DNA of 63,964 nt, filler included, from Collodictyon triciliatum (taxonomy: Eukaryota): NCBI GenBank assembly GCA_043381765.1. It is 9 parts of 9 records of this genome, joined end to end, with 100 filler letters (N's around TTAATTAATTAA, not from the genome) between each part and the next. Parts side by side here need not be neighbours in the genome. Positions count along the whole stretch, not along the records: positions 1 to 7,776 come from JBHJMP010003754.1; positions 7,877 to 15,648 come from JBHJMP010003755.1; 7 more parts are not named here. The stretch is one strand, 5' to 3'. A program made the translations under genes and the position numbers. Below the pieces are notes generated by a model. It was not told the origin of the DNA, ran no database searches, and worked only from the letters and a program-made list of their open reading frames with translations. Within the stretch, counting starts at the first letter, position 1. Each line of letters opens with the position of its first letter. Shown here one piece after another: positions 1 through 12,720 of the stretch.

Positions 1-274
1 TGTCTTTTTTCTTGTCTTTTTTCTTGTCTTTTTTCTTGTCTTTTTTCTTGTCTTTTTTCTTGTCTTTTTTCTTGTCTTTTTTCTTGTCTTTTTTCTTGTC
101 CTTTATCTTTTCTATTTTCCCTCCCTCTCTCCCTCCTCCTCCTCCTCCCTTTTTTTTTCTTTTTGTCTCTTCTCTACGTTCCACCTAAACTTTGTAAATT
201 TATATGTATCATTTCAATCCCTGCCTTTATTCTTATCTTTTTATTCGCTTTTAAATGACGTGTATCACCACTAG

Positions 275-3200
275 CTTACTGCTTTACTCGGAGACACTGA
301 AACGTCTGAGGACAGCGAAAAGCTCGGGCGATTGATGCACCAATTAGATTCAAGTGATCAAATTATTCATTTTCTTCCTTTCTATTTATACACATTTCAG
401 ATCACATTCTTTTAGAAAGATAAGCACTTAGATCACTTCTATTGCTTCCAGATGGCGATGGGCTTATTGAACTTAGTGATTTCATGCAAAAGATGTCCAT
501 ATCTGTAGACATGCGTGAGTTTCACTTGATTGATTTTTTTTAAATGGGAAATCCGATGAAAAGACAAAAAAATTTTATTGGAAATATATATGCAACCATA
601 CATAGTTATCTTAATTGAGAAATATTTTTGTAACTTAGGACTTGCTGGAATTTCCAAGCATCCCTACGTCTTGGTTGATGCAGTATGAATCGACATAATG
701 ACATCATAACATATAAATACAGTTTTAGCATGCTAATACAAAATAAAAACGAGCATGGTTGTTAATATTCTGCGTCGTATTTTCCTTCTAACCGTTTAGA
801 GTGAAGATTCCGTGGCTGAAACTTTCTCCAGAGATGAATGCCTAGAATTAAAGTCAAAAGTAAGATAATTGGAAAGAAAATGCTTGATTATACTTGTAAC
901 TAATATTACTTCGATTTCATAGCTTGAAAATGCTGCTAAACAAATTGATGAACTCAAACTCAATGTTCAAAAATATAAAGAGGCAAGACGATTATTTTGA
1001 ATCAATATATATAAGAAAAATCAAGGGTTAACACAATTTTAAACATAATGAACTAATTTATTATCACTATTTTTATAACTGAAACCCCCGTAATCTGGCT
1101 TCAGCGGTCAAATCTTCACGAGGAGAGATTCCTAGAATCTGAAAAGAGAGAAGATGAATTAAATAATCAAGTTCGTGAGATAAAACGGATGGAAGAGTCT
1201 CTCGGCAAATCGCTTCAAAGCAAACATGCAGAATACGAGGCTCTCATATCTATAGTAAGTTTAACGAAACAATAACGTGATATTGCGAAGTTATAAAATT
1301 TTGCTAGATTTTTTTCATTAATTGAGTGTAAAAATAGACGAACGAGCTTACCTCAGCGAATGAAAAATTGACCAAAGAGACAAGTGTTCTACGCACCGAA
1401 TTAAATCGTGAAAAACTAACTGCGCAAAAATACATAGGTTCGTAATGAAGGCTTTGAGTCATCATTTAGTTGAGTGTTGATTGAGTAAAATCAAAATGAC
1501 TTATCAATTATTAGATACAATCCGAACTGAACACTGTCATATAATGAGCGCATATCTTTTGGAAAAGAAAAACTTGGAATCCCAACTTGAACATCAAATA
1601 TCTCTCAAGAAAGCAGCAGACGAGAATTTTAATGAGGTTTGTTTTGTTATTTCCTTTATTCGATTCGAAGTGCAGCAAGGCGGTTTGTTTTATTTTTAAT
1701 ATATTGGGATGTTATTGCATTATCTATCGTGTATTTTTGGCGTCAAATAGCCGTATTAATTGTGATTAATTCTGGTGTTTCCTTTTTTTAAAAAAAAAAA
1801 AGCTGTGGAAGCAAAAGACAGATACCGAACGAAACTTAAACAACCTAGCTGTAGAACTGACCCAATTGAAGCATGAAAATGAAAGATTTAAAGAGCAGGT
1901 TTTTGGGCTTTGTGGCTCATTCACGAAATATTGTTTAAACAATGGAATTACATAGGTTTTTGTTTCATTTCCATCATCCTTATTTTTTCTTATTGTATAG
2001 GTATGCAGAAATGAAGCTGTTATCCAAACCCTGAAGATGAAAATTGATGAACTGAATCAAATGTCGAGCATATATCCTATTTTTCCTCTATTGTTTTAAT
2101 TACTTATTTTTGCTAAGTGGAACACGATAAATAAATAAAAAAAACTGTTATTCTCGCATTTTTTTGGCTGTTTTAAGTCATATGCTCCTTGACGAAATGT
2201 ACTGAAGACCTTATCAAAAGGCAACAACCACAGGTATTTTAGTTAACTTAGTTGCCGAATATATTTGGCTTTTTTTGATTTCTTTTTTAGTTTTCTTGTT
2301 GTTTTGCTTTTGTTTGTGTTTTTTGTTTTTGTTGCTGTTTTTTTTCATTTATTGGCTATGTGAAAATACTTCATTTTCGGCTTTGGGATGATAACCGCTC
2401 AATGCTTTGTCCCCAAATCGAACAATTTTGTGAGAGGTTTATATTAACTGCCTGTATCATAGGAATCAAACTACGAGCTCCAAGAGGAGCTGGCTCGAAC
2501 CACCCACGACTTGAATTGTGCACAGACAGAGATTGACTCGCTGCACTTTACAGTTTTATCTTTTCGCGAGCAGATGGTGCTCCCTTTTATTATTTTCTTA
2601 CTAATTTTTAATGAATTACTGGAAAATAATAGATTGTTTTAAAAAATCGCCTTGCTAAATTATTATATTTATTCTAAAAATGAATGAAGGAGCAATGCCT
2701 CAAAAGTCTGGAGCAGATGGACATATGGCAGCGAATCATTAAGCTTATCAGGGAATTATCTGAAGAAGGATATAACCAGCTTATAAGGCAGCGGATTGGT
2801 TTTCGATAACAACGTTATGATATATGATATCAATGTTATTTTCCGCTTCTTTTCTTTATTTTATATTATGTTTTTGTTTATTATTTTTATTTATTTTTAT
2901 TTATTTTATTTATTTTATTTATTTTATTTATTTTTATTTATTTTTATTTATTTTTATTTATTTTTATTTATTTTTATTTATTTTTATTTATTTTTATTTA
3001 TTTTTAAAATGAAAGCAATTAATTTTACTCGTTTCTAATCGCTATCGTTTCCTCCCTTAACAGATCTAATCTGATGACTGAACAATTGGCCGAGATATTT
3101 AAAAGAGTTAAATTGGGATTTGATTTTATATTTTCCAATATTAAAACAAACCAGAAAGGTTATTCGGCGTCACAAGATCAAAGCGATATATATTTCGATC

Positions 3201-5813
3201 AAAATCCAGAAGACGGAGAAAGGAGCTCTCCCTGCACATCAAGTCTTCTGCTTGATGACTGGATTGAAGAGAGTGAAGAATTATTGAATGTTGTGAAAGC
3301 GAGATTCTCCGACAATTTAGAGGTGGTGGCACCAAATGCAAGTCACTCAGGATTGATTAGATGGGAAATGGAGTCTATCCAAAAGCAAACCCAGGACATT
3401 CAAGCAGCAATATATGCTCAATATGAAGAGCTTAAGCAGTCAATGTCTGCCTTTGGAAAAAGCTATCAAGAAAACATGTCCCTAGATAGAAAAACACCTG
3501 AACAGGCTCTTTCCGTCGCTAAAGAATTGCAGAGATTCAACCAAATAATTCAAGGCTTATGGGCAGAAACTGAAGCATTCCAAAAGGAGTGTGAAGAGCT
3601 ACGGCTCCAAAATGCTCGGCTGCGTAGTCAGCTGACTGCAGAGCTAATCAGCTCGCGAGATTTAGAAACTTCCACCAATCGGCTTGTTCGTCATTTGTCC
3701 AGTGATATGGTATTGAAACCTAAGCTATACTATATTTTGCTTTTATTTATGAGTAGATATTCTATTGAATGGAGGTAAATTTATTTCATCGTCAAATAGT
3801 CTTTTCAGGATATCCAAAAGCTCCTCCAAAACGAAAAGGCTGCAAGAGCCTACGTCGAAGATCAGGTTTGTAATCACTCCTTTTCATCGCAAACCTGAAT
3901 ATATTTTCTTTTTCTATTTATATTTTCTTTTTGTACTTGTTTTTGTTCTTGTTTTTGTTCTTGTTCTTGTTTTTGTTTTTGTTCTTGTTTTTGTTCGTGT
4001 TCGTGTTCTTTTTATAAAAGTAAAAATAAATGGTAAATGAAAGTGTTTTTACTTCTAACTCTTAATATAAAATAAAAAGAATATGAAACTTTCCGACGTT
4101 GTCTCTGGCTTGCAAGATGAGATAGAAAAGACTAACAAAGAGAATCAAGAACTTCGTGTTACTTTATCAAAGCTTAATCTGATGGGAAGTGAAATGTTCA
4201 CCCAATCAAAAGATAGTCCTATCGCTCATATAAGTGAAATTGCTTCTTCAGGAGAGAATACGTATATTTTCAACTCCCTTATGAAATACTACCTTTTTTT
4301 TTCTAATTTGTGTGATATTGAAGAATTTTATATTCGGGTTTATCTTATTGTAAGTAGAATGGCATAATCTCGCTACACTTTGAATCGAATAAAGGAAAAA
4401 AAAAATCTTATTGTAAGTAGATCCTAATATCTTTTCTTTTAGCCGCGAAACCACGCCACCTCACAGTTTCAAACCGCACACAATTCCTGGCTCCATACTT
4501 CGCGACAATGCAGTCGCTGAATTTTCGCGTCCAATACCAGAAATAAAACCAGACTCAACCCTGCCAATTGCGCAACCTTGGAGTCGACCAGCATCAAGTT
4601 TACCAGCCCCAAGTGAGTCCCTCAGATTAAATACTATAACGGTGACACCAATTGCGGAAAACGCAGAGTGCTTCGTCTTTCATGGCCCACAGCAGAATCA
4701 AAATCAATGTGAGCTTGGAAACAAATCTTGTTTGTCCCCGACATCAACTGAGATGGAGGGCTCTCTATCTGCTCCTTTGCACTCATTTCAACACACTTTA
4801 TTGGAGACCACTGCCTCTAATTCAATCAATCTTTCGACAAAGAAACTGAATACCCATGAGGTTGGTATAGACAAAGGAGAATCAACACTTCGCCCTCATG
4901 TAAAACTAGATTTTGATGACCATAACTTACTGAACGATGACGTAGAGACGACGGAAACAACTTCCTCATCGAACGATACTCAAAACACTATCCAACCGAA
5001 ACAATCCATTTATTCTTTTCCAATAAGAGTCCAAAATCAGACTGCTCACAATCCTGAATCAGTTCAATTGATTGCTCAAAAATTACCCTCGACTCCAACC
5101 ATCACATCAACACCAAATACCAAGCAACCTATGCTTCAATCAAACCATTTCATTCCATACTCTCCAGTAATGGCCCCAGTCTATAGGACATATGGCCCAC
5201 ATATCACGACCACCCACCCTTCTCAAATATCTGCCTTTTCAACAGCATCTGCTCCACTGTGAGTCCAAATATCTTTTTTTTTTCTTTTTAGACCCGTATA
5301 TTCTCTTACCTTTTGTTGCTTTAAGTTGTGAGCATATATATATACAATATAATTTTAAAATTTTTGTTAATTCATGTTTAAAAAAAAAAAAACTACGCTT
5401 ACAATATACTCAAATGAATTAGCTCGGTTGTCTCTGCACCCACATCTCTGTATTCTGCCGCACCGTTGTCTTACTTAAACCCTTTGTCCTCCCCGACAAT
5501 ACCCTATTTTCCAAGCCCGCTGCCCTCCTCCAAGCCTGGAGGTTCTTCTGTCCCCCCACAACTGCCAAGTTCCATGCACAATCCACACTTTAGCAATCCA
5601 AACATAACTTCGTCTCCATCTTTGGGTTCGGTGCTGGTGCCTCTCGCCTCCTCGGCCGGGAATTATGCACACAACCCGCCACCGATGCAGCAAACACAGC
5701 AACACCAACAGCCACAGCCACAGCCACAGCGAACTCTGGGGAGGTCGTGGTCGCACAACCCGAATGTCTTTGTGGCAGCGCCTCCGTCTTCCTGGGCCCC
5801 TCTGCGCAGCTAG
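275..5813 (+). CDS. EF-hand plus long coiled-coil protein with Pro/Ser-rich tail; 5'-partial, multi-exon
   Basis: Splicing exon 275-353 to the exon starting at 452 gives MHQLDSNGDGLIELSDFMQKM, an EF-hand loop (DxNxDGxI). Many in-frame heptad-rich exons follow (LENAAKQIDELK, NQVREIKRMEE, ORFs 3074 and 4083), then Pro/Ser/Thr-rich exons to TAG at 5811-5813. The model needs one AT-AC intron and one or two GC-AG introns. Confidence 0.75.
983..1104 (+). other. GC-AG intron
   Basis: Donor GAG|gcaaga and acceptor cttcag join KYKE|RSNLHEE in phase 0. Read-through hits TGA with no GT donor in between. Confidence 0.7.
2072..2202 (+). other. U12-type (minor spliceosome) AT-AC intron
   Basis: 5' end ATATCCTAT, branch point TCCTTGAC at 2186-2193, terminal AC at 2201-2202. 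Removal gives in-frame ...QMSSI|EDLIKRQQPQ, which continues into the next exon. Confidence 0.85.
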
Positions 5814-6228
5814 TCTACATACCCCCACGCACTCTTTTCCTTCCGCCCTCCTAATCTGCTCCTACCAGACCGACCCTGGGCAAAAATGTTTTTGTGCCCA
5901 CACTCCATACCGGATATTGTTCCTACCCAATAAAAAAAAAAAGATAATGATAATGATAATAATGAGACCGAAACGAGAGTTGAAGACGACGGAGGGTCGG
6001 CAGAGACACCGGCGGCGGGTGCTGTCCTCACAGAGAACGTTGTGGGTTGGTGCAGGCCAGGCTTTTTATGGAGAAGATCAGAAGCAGGGTCTTAGGGAGA
6101 GAAGCAGATGGGGAGGGGGTATGAAGCAGGGTGGATTAATCATCGTTGGTGACAGTGTCGGTGTCTATGTCACCTTCGTCTTCAGCATTATTAGAGCAAC
6201 TGGCTGCCCTGAGAAGGGGGCGGACCAT

Positions 6229-7469
6229 TTAGTCGTCTCCGCCACCGAACCCGCCACGGCCGCCACGACCACCGCGGAAGCCGCCACGACCGCCACGGAA
6301 GCCGCCGCGATCACCGCCGCCGAACCCGCCACGACCACCACGGAAGCCGCCGCGATCGCCTCCGCCAAAGCCGCCACGGCCGCCACGGAAACCACCACGA
6401 CCGCCACGGAAGCCTCCTCGATCCCCACCGCCGAAGCCGCCACGGCCGCCACGATCACCGCCGCCGAACCCGCCACGACCACCGCGGAAGCCGCCGCGAT
6501 CCCCGCCGCCAAAGCCGCCACGGCCGCCACGGAAGCCGCCACGATCACCGCCGCCGAACCCGCCACGACCGCCACGGAAGCCACCGCGGCCGCCTCGGGA
6601 TCCACCGTCGCTTCGGCCCTCGTTGGCCAGCCGCATGTGGACAGTCATCTTGCCTAGGGCCAGGCCGGAGGCGCTTACTGCGTTTTGGGCTCCCTCGACA
6701 TCCTTGTATGTCACGAAGCCGTGGCCTTTGGCTTTTCCTGTCGAAGGGTCCAGCGGGAGGGTGCAGCTTTCGACTTCTCCGTAAGAGTCTACCAGCTCCT
6801 TGAATTCCTTCGCTGTCATGCTGTACGGCAGGTTGTTGACAAAGACCGTGAAACCGCCCTTGATTACTGTGAATAGAGGGAATGGGTGGTTAGCTTCTGA
6901 TGCAAAAAAGGTCGGTTGACCCCAGAGTCCCTTGTGTGTATGTCAGTGCGTGTATGTTGGGGGCTGAGGGATTTCGTGTCGTGGACGATCCTGGACAACT
7001 CACCATGGAGGCCGCCGTCGGCAGCAGAGCTGGTGGCGTTCCTGGGCTTCTTGGTGGGCTTTTCTTCCTCCTCCTCCTCCTCATCTTCATCTCCCTCCTC
7101 TTCCTCCTCCTCGTCTTCTCCTTCCTCCTCATCTTCGTCTTCTCCTTCCTCCTCATCTTCGCCTTCTTCATCGTCCTCTCCCTCCTCGTCTTCTCCTTCC
7201 TCCTCGTCTTCTCCATCCTCCTCGTCTTCTCCATCCTCCTCGTCTTCTCCTTCCTCCTCATCTCCGTCCTCCTCATCGTCGTCACCCTCTTCTTCGCCTT
7301 CATCACCCTCCTCTTCAACCTCTTCCTCCTCATCGTCGTCCTCATCATCTTCGTCTTCGTCATCCTCTTCCTTTGCGGGTGGGGCTGACTTCTTCGATTC
7401 AGGCTTTCCGGCTACCTTGGCAGTGGGAGCGACGGCTGGCTTGACAGGCTTGGCAGGTGGGGCTTTGGA
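6229..7469 (-). CDS. Nucleolin/NSR1/Gar2-like RNA-binding protein (Lys/Ala region, long acidic tract, one RRM, RGG/GAR tail); 5'-partial
   Basis: Exon ~7004-7469 encodes SKAPPAKPVK... plus a D/E tract. It splices to VIKGGFTVFVNNLPYS (RNP2) ... KGHGFVTY (RNP1) and a (GGRGGFGGGDRGGFR)n tail. Confidence 0.8.
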
Positions 7470-7776
7470 CTAGAGAATTCTACCTTAAGTGGTATTCGTG
7501 TAGAGAAATATGTGGACGAGGAAGTCAAGATTGCTTCGATAGTAATGACTGTGTCTTCCTTTTGGTTCAGGCCATCAGCTGCGACGCAGCCCTGACAGGG
7601 ACACAACCACCACAAAGTGGTAGCTCTTAACCCTTTAAGGGGCGATAAGGCCAGACACAAACTTCAAAAAAATATATAAAAAAATAAAAGACTTCGCGTT
7701 GAACTCCAGCCTTGTAAGAAATTAAACAAGTGTTGAGCGGCGGCAGTGTGAAATGCACAACAAACCAGTGCTTGCT

Positions 7777-7876
7777 NNNNNNNNNNNNNNNNNNNNNNNN
7801 NNNNNNNNNNNNNNNNNNNNTTAATTAATTAANNNNNNNNNNNNNNNNNNNNNNNNNNNNNNNNNNNNNNNNNNNN
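7777..7876. other. Artificial contig spacer N44-TTAATTAATTAA-N44 (also at 15649, 23524, 31390, 39256, 47121, 54984, 62844)
   Basis: Identical 100-nt structure with a six-frame stop linker recurring every ~7.87 kb. Confidence 0.98.

Positions 7877-7972
<96 letters not shown>
7877..7972. repeat. (TTA)n microsatellite just upstream of the NEK start
   Basis: Direct reading. Confidence 0.95.
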
Positions 7973-7974
<2 letters not shown>

Positions 7975-7996
7975 TCCAATAGCTGCCAGATTGCGT

Positions 7997-10900
7997 ATGA
8001 CATTGAAGGATTTCCGCGTGCATCGCTTGATCGGTCGCGGGGGATATGGCGCTGTCTATCACGCAACAAGAATCATGGATAGCCTCGGGTTTGTTGCGGT
8101 TGTTAATGATCCCTCTTCTCGCAACCTATTTTTGATTCGTTTCAATCATGTATGTTTATTCATATTCTGAACAACTGCATTTGGCCACTGTAGATATGCA
8201 CTGAAAGTTTTGAATATATCGAAGATGAATCAACAAGAAAGGTATATCACTTTGTCCTTGTCATATGTAGAAAAGTATGGCTTATGATTTGCGGAGGACA
8301 ACTCTGTGAGCCATGCAGTTTCCCATGAAGTGTTATAGGAGGTTTCTCATTGAAATGCCTGTACCGTGTTCTTGTCCCGCTAGGCAAAGAACGTTAAACG
8401 AGATTCGCTTCCTCGCGTCCATCAAGCATCCATTCATAATATCATATTACGAATCATTCATCGAGAGCAGCAAATTGTTTATCGTAAGTTGCCAGTTTTC
8501 GACTATCGAACCAATATTGAGTCATGACATGCATTTTGAAAGGGACGTATTCTATCATTTGTTCTACAATCAAATACTATGATTCCTTTAACGAATATAA
8601 GGTCTTTGCAGGCAAGTTGGCTTTGGGCTTACAAATGCATGCCCTTTTGCTACTTTATGAAAGTATTCACATCATTTTTTTTAAATAATTAAGGTCATGG
8701 AGTTTGCGCCCAAGGGTGACTTGCATGCACGAGTGAAGGTAGCTATTTGAACTTTAAGTCTGATGATACAGTGATTCCCTAAAAATACATGCCTCATTAT
8801 ATCTCATGTTTTTTTTGTTTTTTTTTATTTTTTTTATTTTTTTTATTTTTTTACAACTTTTCTATATCCACACAACGTGAAGAAACGGAGATCGATCAAG
8901 CCTGTGCGCAAATACAGTGAGGACCTTGTTTGGGCTGTGCTGATTCAGATAGCGCTTGGCCTCAAAAGCCTTCATGACCTAAACATTATTCATCGCGACA
9001 TCAAGAGCTCAAACATCTTCATCACGGACGAGCACAGGATTAAGATCGGCGATTTTGTACAAATTACGAATACATACAACGAGTCAGAGATTCCCAATTG
9101 ATGACTGCTCTCTCTTGAGACAAACGATAAAGTTACCTGATTTATGCGTCCAATTTTTCACTGCGAAAACTTTCTTATAGGGTGTAGCCAAGCTGATTGA
9201 GACTGAATTTACAAAGACGATGATAGGAACACCTTATTATCAAAGCCCTGAAAGTATTCCAGTCATACCACAGCATCTTTTCATCAATAAATCATTAGAT
9301 GAACTTTTTTACATTTCATTTTCATATCTCACATGAGAGGGTTTGCACTTATGAACACTTTAATGGCCAATATAGTTTGGGTTCAAACACCGTACACAAC
9401 AAAGATTGACATATGGTCATTCGGTAACCCTAATAATCAATTAAAACATAAATATTTTCACACTTTTCTCAATAATAAATTATTTTAAAATCGCTCTCGT
9501 TTCTATTACATTGTGCGGGTGATCACTCATCTTCATCAATTCGCGCCACAGGCTGTGTTATGTACGAAATGGCCACATTTCAGTACCCTTACAACGCCCA
9601 AGACTACAAGTCGCTTGGCAAGAAAGTTTTGCAGGGGTCTCGACGGCCCATTCCTGAATCTTACTCCACCGAGCTTGCAGACGTGATTGACTTCATGATG
9701 TGTATGTATCACTAGTTTATCCATCATAAATATATTCTTATTTTTTTTTAACAATATCAAGACAATATACTTTATTTGCCCAATCTTAAACACAAAATTT
9801 AAACCCAATCATATTAGGCCCTGACCCGAACGAAAGGCCAAGCATCGATCAAATCCTGGAGATGGGGCCTGTAAAGAGCAAGTTTAAACTGATACCAGGA
9901 ATCGAAAACGTAATTCGTTGCTCCATGCCCATCATTTTTTTTTTTTTGTTATGCACTAAAATATATGCGTGTCAATGATTTGGAATAAATAGAACGCAAA
10001 CGATATCTTTCTTTCCGTTTATTTCGTTCCTATTTTTCTTTCTTGAATTCCTTTGTTCTTTTCTTTTGTATTCACGAGCAATCATCTTGCATTATTCATA
10101 ATTCATCTTTCACGCACCAGTGCCCACATTAATCAACACCTCCCTCATCAGATCCTTGAGCTTAACTTCTCGTTGGAAGACACACTAACTGTCCCATCGG
10201 ACATGTGCGAAGCAAACGATTTTGTCTTTCCGAAAAATGCATATCCTTCTCGAAACGATTTGAATCCGGGTCTTGATTTGTACGAATCGCCCGGTCGCGC
10301 AACAGATTCCAGCAGCTCCGGGTATGCTTCAATTTCAACGAGGGGCGCCTGTGCGATACACAACTTCAACCATCCTCTCACATGTTCAGCGCTCCTATTT
10401 TTTCTCTCCTTTAATTATATCACAGTAGCGTCATTGATGATACACCATTTCATATCTATCATGCGCATATTGAAAATATATTATCTCTGCGGAATCCACA
10501 TTCGTGGCCAGCGGGTGTCACCTAATACTTATTCCAATATTGCAAACACAGCTTCTCCGATACAGAGTCCGAAGACAGCCAAGACGGACCCCAGGCACAG
10601 GCCGAACAACACTTACCACCAGTGGCATCCAAAGGCGCCGCGCCCAGCCGACCCCAAAACCCGACGGGCGGGACAGAGTCACCCCTTCCCCAGGCAGCAT
10701 CACAGCAGCAACATCACCAACAGCAGCAACAACAATACCACCAGCCACACCCGCCCGTGTTTCCTCCCATCAACCAAAACCAAGCAAGAAAAGACCGCGT
10801 CAAAGAAATGGCGTCTTCAAATGCGGCCTCATCTCCTACACCCAACAACACAAATAGTAAGCAAATATAGCAAAACTCCTACCTTTCTGCTGAATCCCTT

Positions 10901-11711
10901 CCGATAACTTCAGATTCACATGCATCCATGTAAATCTGTTTTATGGTAAAAGCGGCCTTTGCGTTATGTTGCTGGGCTCAAATCTACATCAAAGATGATA
11001 TTATATACCGACCATCGCAGGCGTTCTCGCGATGCCACATAGAGCCTCACGACTCGGCCCACAGCCGCCCCAAGGCAGCAAGATGAAACATGGAATATCT
11101 CGAAACTCATATTCTGACAGAGCCGGAACCTCCCCGTCGCGCCTGGGACCTCCTTTCCAGGATTCCTCCTCGGGTATTAGCAAACCATGTGATCAGTCTT
11201 TATCACAATTTAATTCCTCTCTTGCCGTCAATTTGTATCTCATGATTGAGATTATCCAACTAAAGCATACACATATGAACCTATTTAGCGGACGTCCCAA
11301 AGCCAAAGTTCCCCACTGACCCAGAGGTAAGTATTGCAACACGGCTTAGCAGCTTGCAACCGCGATATCACCACCTTTATGCACCCTGATGCGCGTTTTT
11401 TTTTTTTTTTTACTTTGAGGCTATGAAGGTCGAAAAATATTGCAGGCAGCAGAAATATTGCATCATCTACCTTTTTTCTTTTCCCTCTGATGCTATCAAT
11501 ATCATTGTGTGAAGACAGATATTGCCAAGAATACATACACAGTTATTTCTCTGCAACTAAAATCGCTCTCTGGTAGAACGTGCGGTTTCCTGCACTCAAT
11601 CACCGACCGCAAGCTCCAGCAAATCCAGCGCGACTCATCGAGAAGGCTTACGGCGTGGGTGTGCGTTCGACTTGGAGGACACATCCGAAGGCCCGGAAAC
11701 AAGGAAGCTAG
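7997..11711 (+). CDS. NIMA-related (NEK) Ser/Thr protein kinase, multi-exon
   Basis: Spliced product: IGRGGYGAVY, YALK, NEIRFLASIKHPFIISYYESF, VMEFAPKGDL, HRDIKSSNIF, KIGDFG, IGTPYYQSPE, DIWSFGC, PNERPS, then a low-complexity tail. All introns GT-AG. Confidence 0.9.
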
Positions 11712-12433
11712 ACCGAAGAGGCTGCAAGACAACGTAGCTTTGAAAAAAAACCCACATTCAGCTGTATCTTCACAACGCATTCTGCGACGATTGCGAAATT
11801 GCACTGCAAATATTGTCCCCAGGCTTTTGGTTTTCCTTTTGACACGTTCGATTTGTCCATTCCCTTCTCAAACTCTGTCTAGACAGGCATGCCTGAGCCT
11901 GCCTGATGCAGCCCCTCTATCATTAGTTTATGGTTTATTTTCTTTGATTGTTTGTTATTACTGTGTGTTTAAACAGAAAAATTTGATATGTATTTTGGTT
12001 TGTAATCGTCCCTCCTTGTTTAATTCTGTCATTGCTTGATTGAGATGCAAAATCCTTCAGCTGTTCTCTATGGTCATCGCCACTCTTTTGTTATTCGCTC
12101 TGCTTCAATACCTTAGCCGAAGTGAATAAAAGAAAAAAAAACAGAAAAAAGAAAAGAAAGAAAATTGCTCGTTTGACAGCCGAATCGCCAGCTTATGGCG
12201 CATGCAATTCAAAAAGGCAACTTATTTATTACACCTATTGAGCCCATCTCTCAGAACAAAGTTTGATTTTAGGCCACCCGCCTCTTTTAACTTGTCAGTC
12301 TGATTCCAATAGATGTTTTGATGTCCGAACGTATGAATCCTTAACCAACCGTAACGAGCGCACTGTCATTGACCATCACAACCTCTGTAAAATAGTTGAC
12401 ATTTATCAATAACACCATTTACAGCCATGATTC

Positions 12434-12474
<41 letters not shown>

Positions 12475-12720
12475 CTACCACAAATAAAAATCATTCATCT
12501 GCTGGGTTCACAGCACTCATACAACAAACAAACAAACAAACAAACAAACAAACAAACAAACAAACAAACAAACAAACAAACAAACAAACAAACAAACAAA
12601 CAAACAAAACTAAAAAAAACTAAAAAAAACTAGAAAAGAAAGAAAAAGACAGAATCCAGCGAAGCCTCTTCTTCCTCAAATGCAAAGCAGTGAACAAACG
12701 ATGTAGAAAATAAACCATGT

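Noticed and set aside
5665-7473. Plus-strand Ala/Thr-rich, poly-Ser and hydrophobic ORFs
   Set aside because: Antisense of the RGG and acidic tracts of the nucleolin-like gene.
7821-7832. Periodic TTAATTAATTAA palindrome (TTAA target site or regular array)
   Set aside because: Synthetic six-frame stop linker embedded in Ns.
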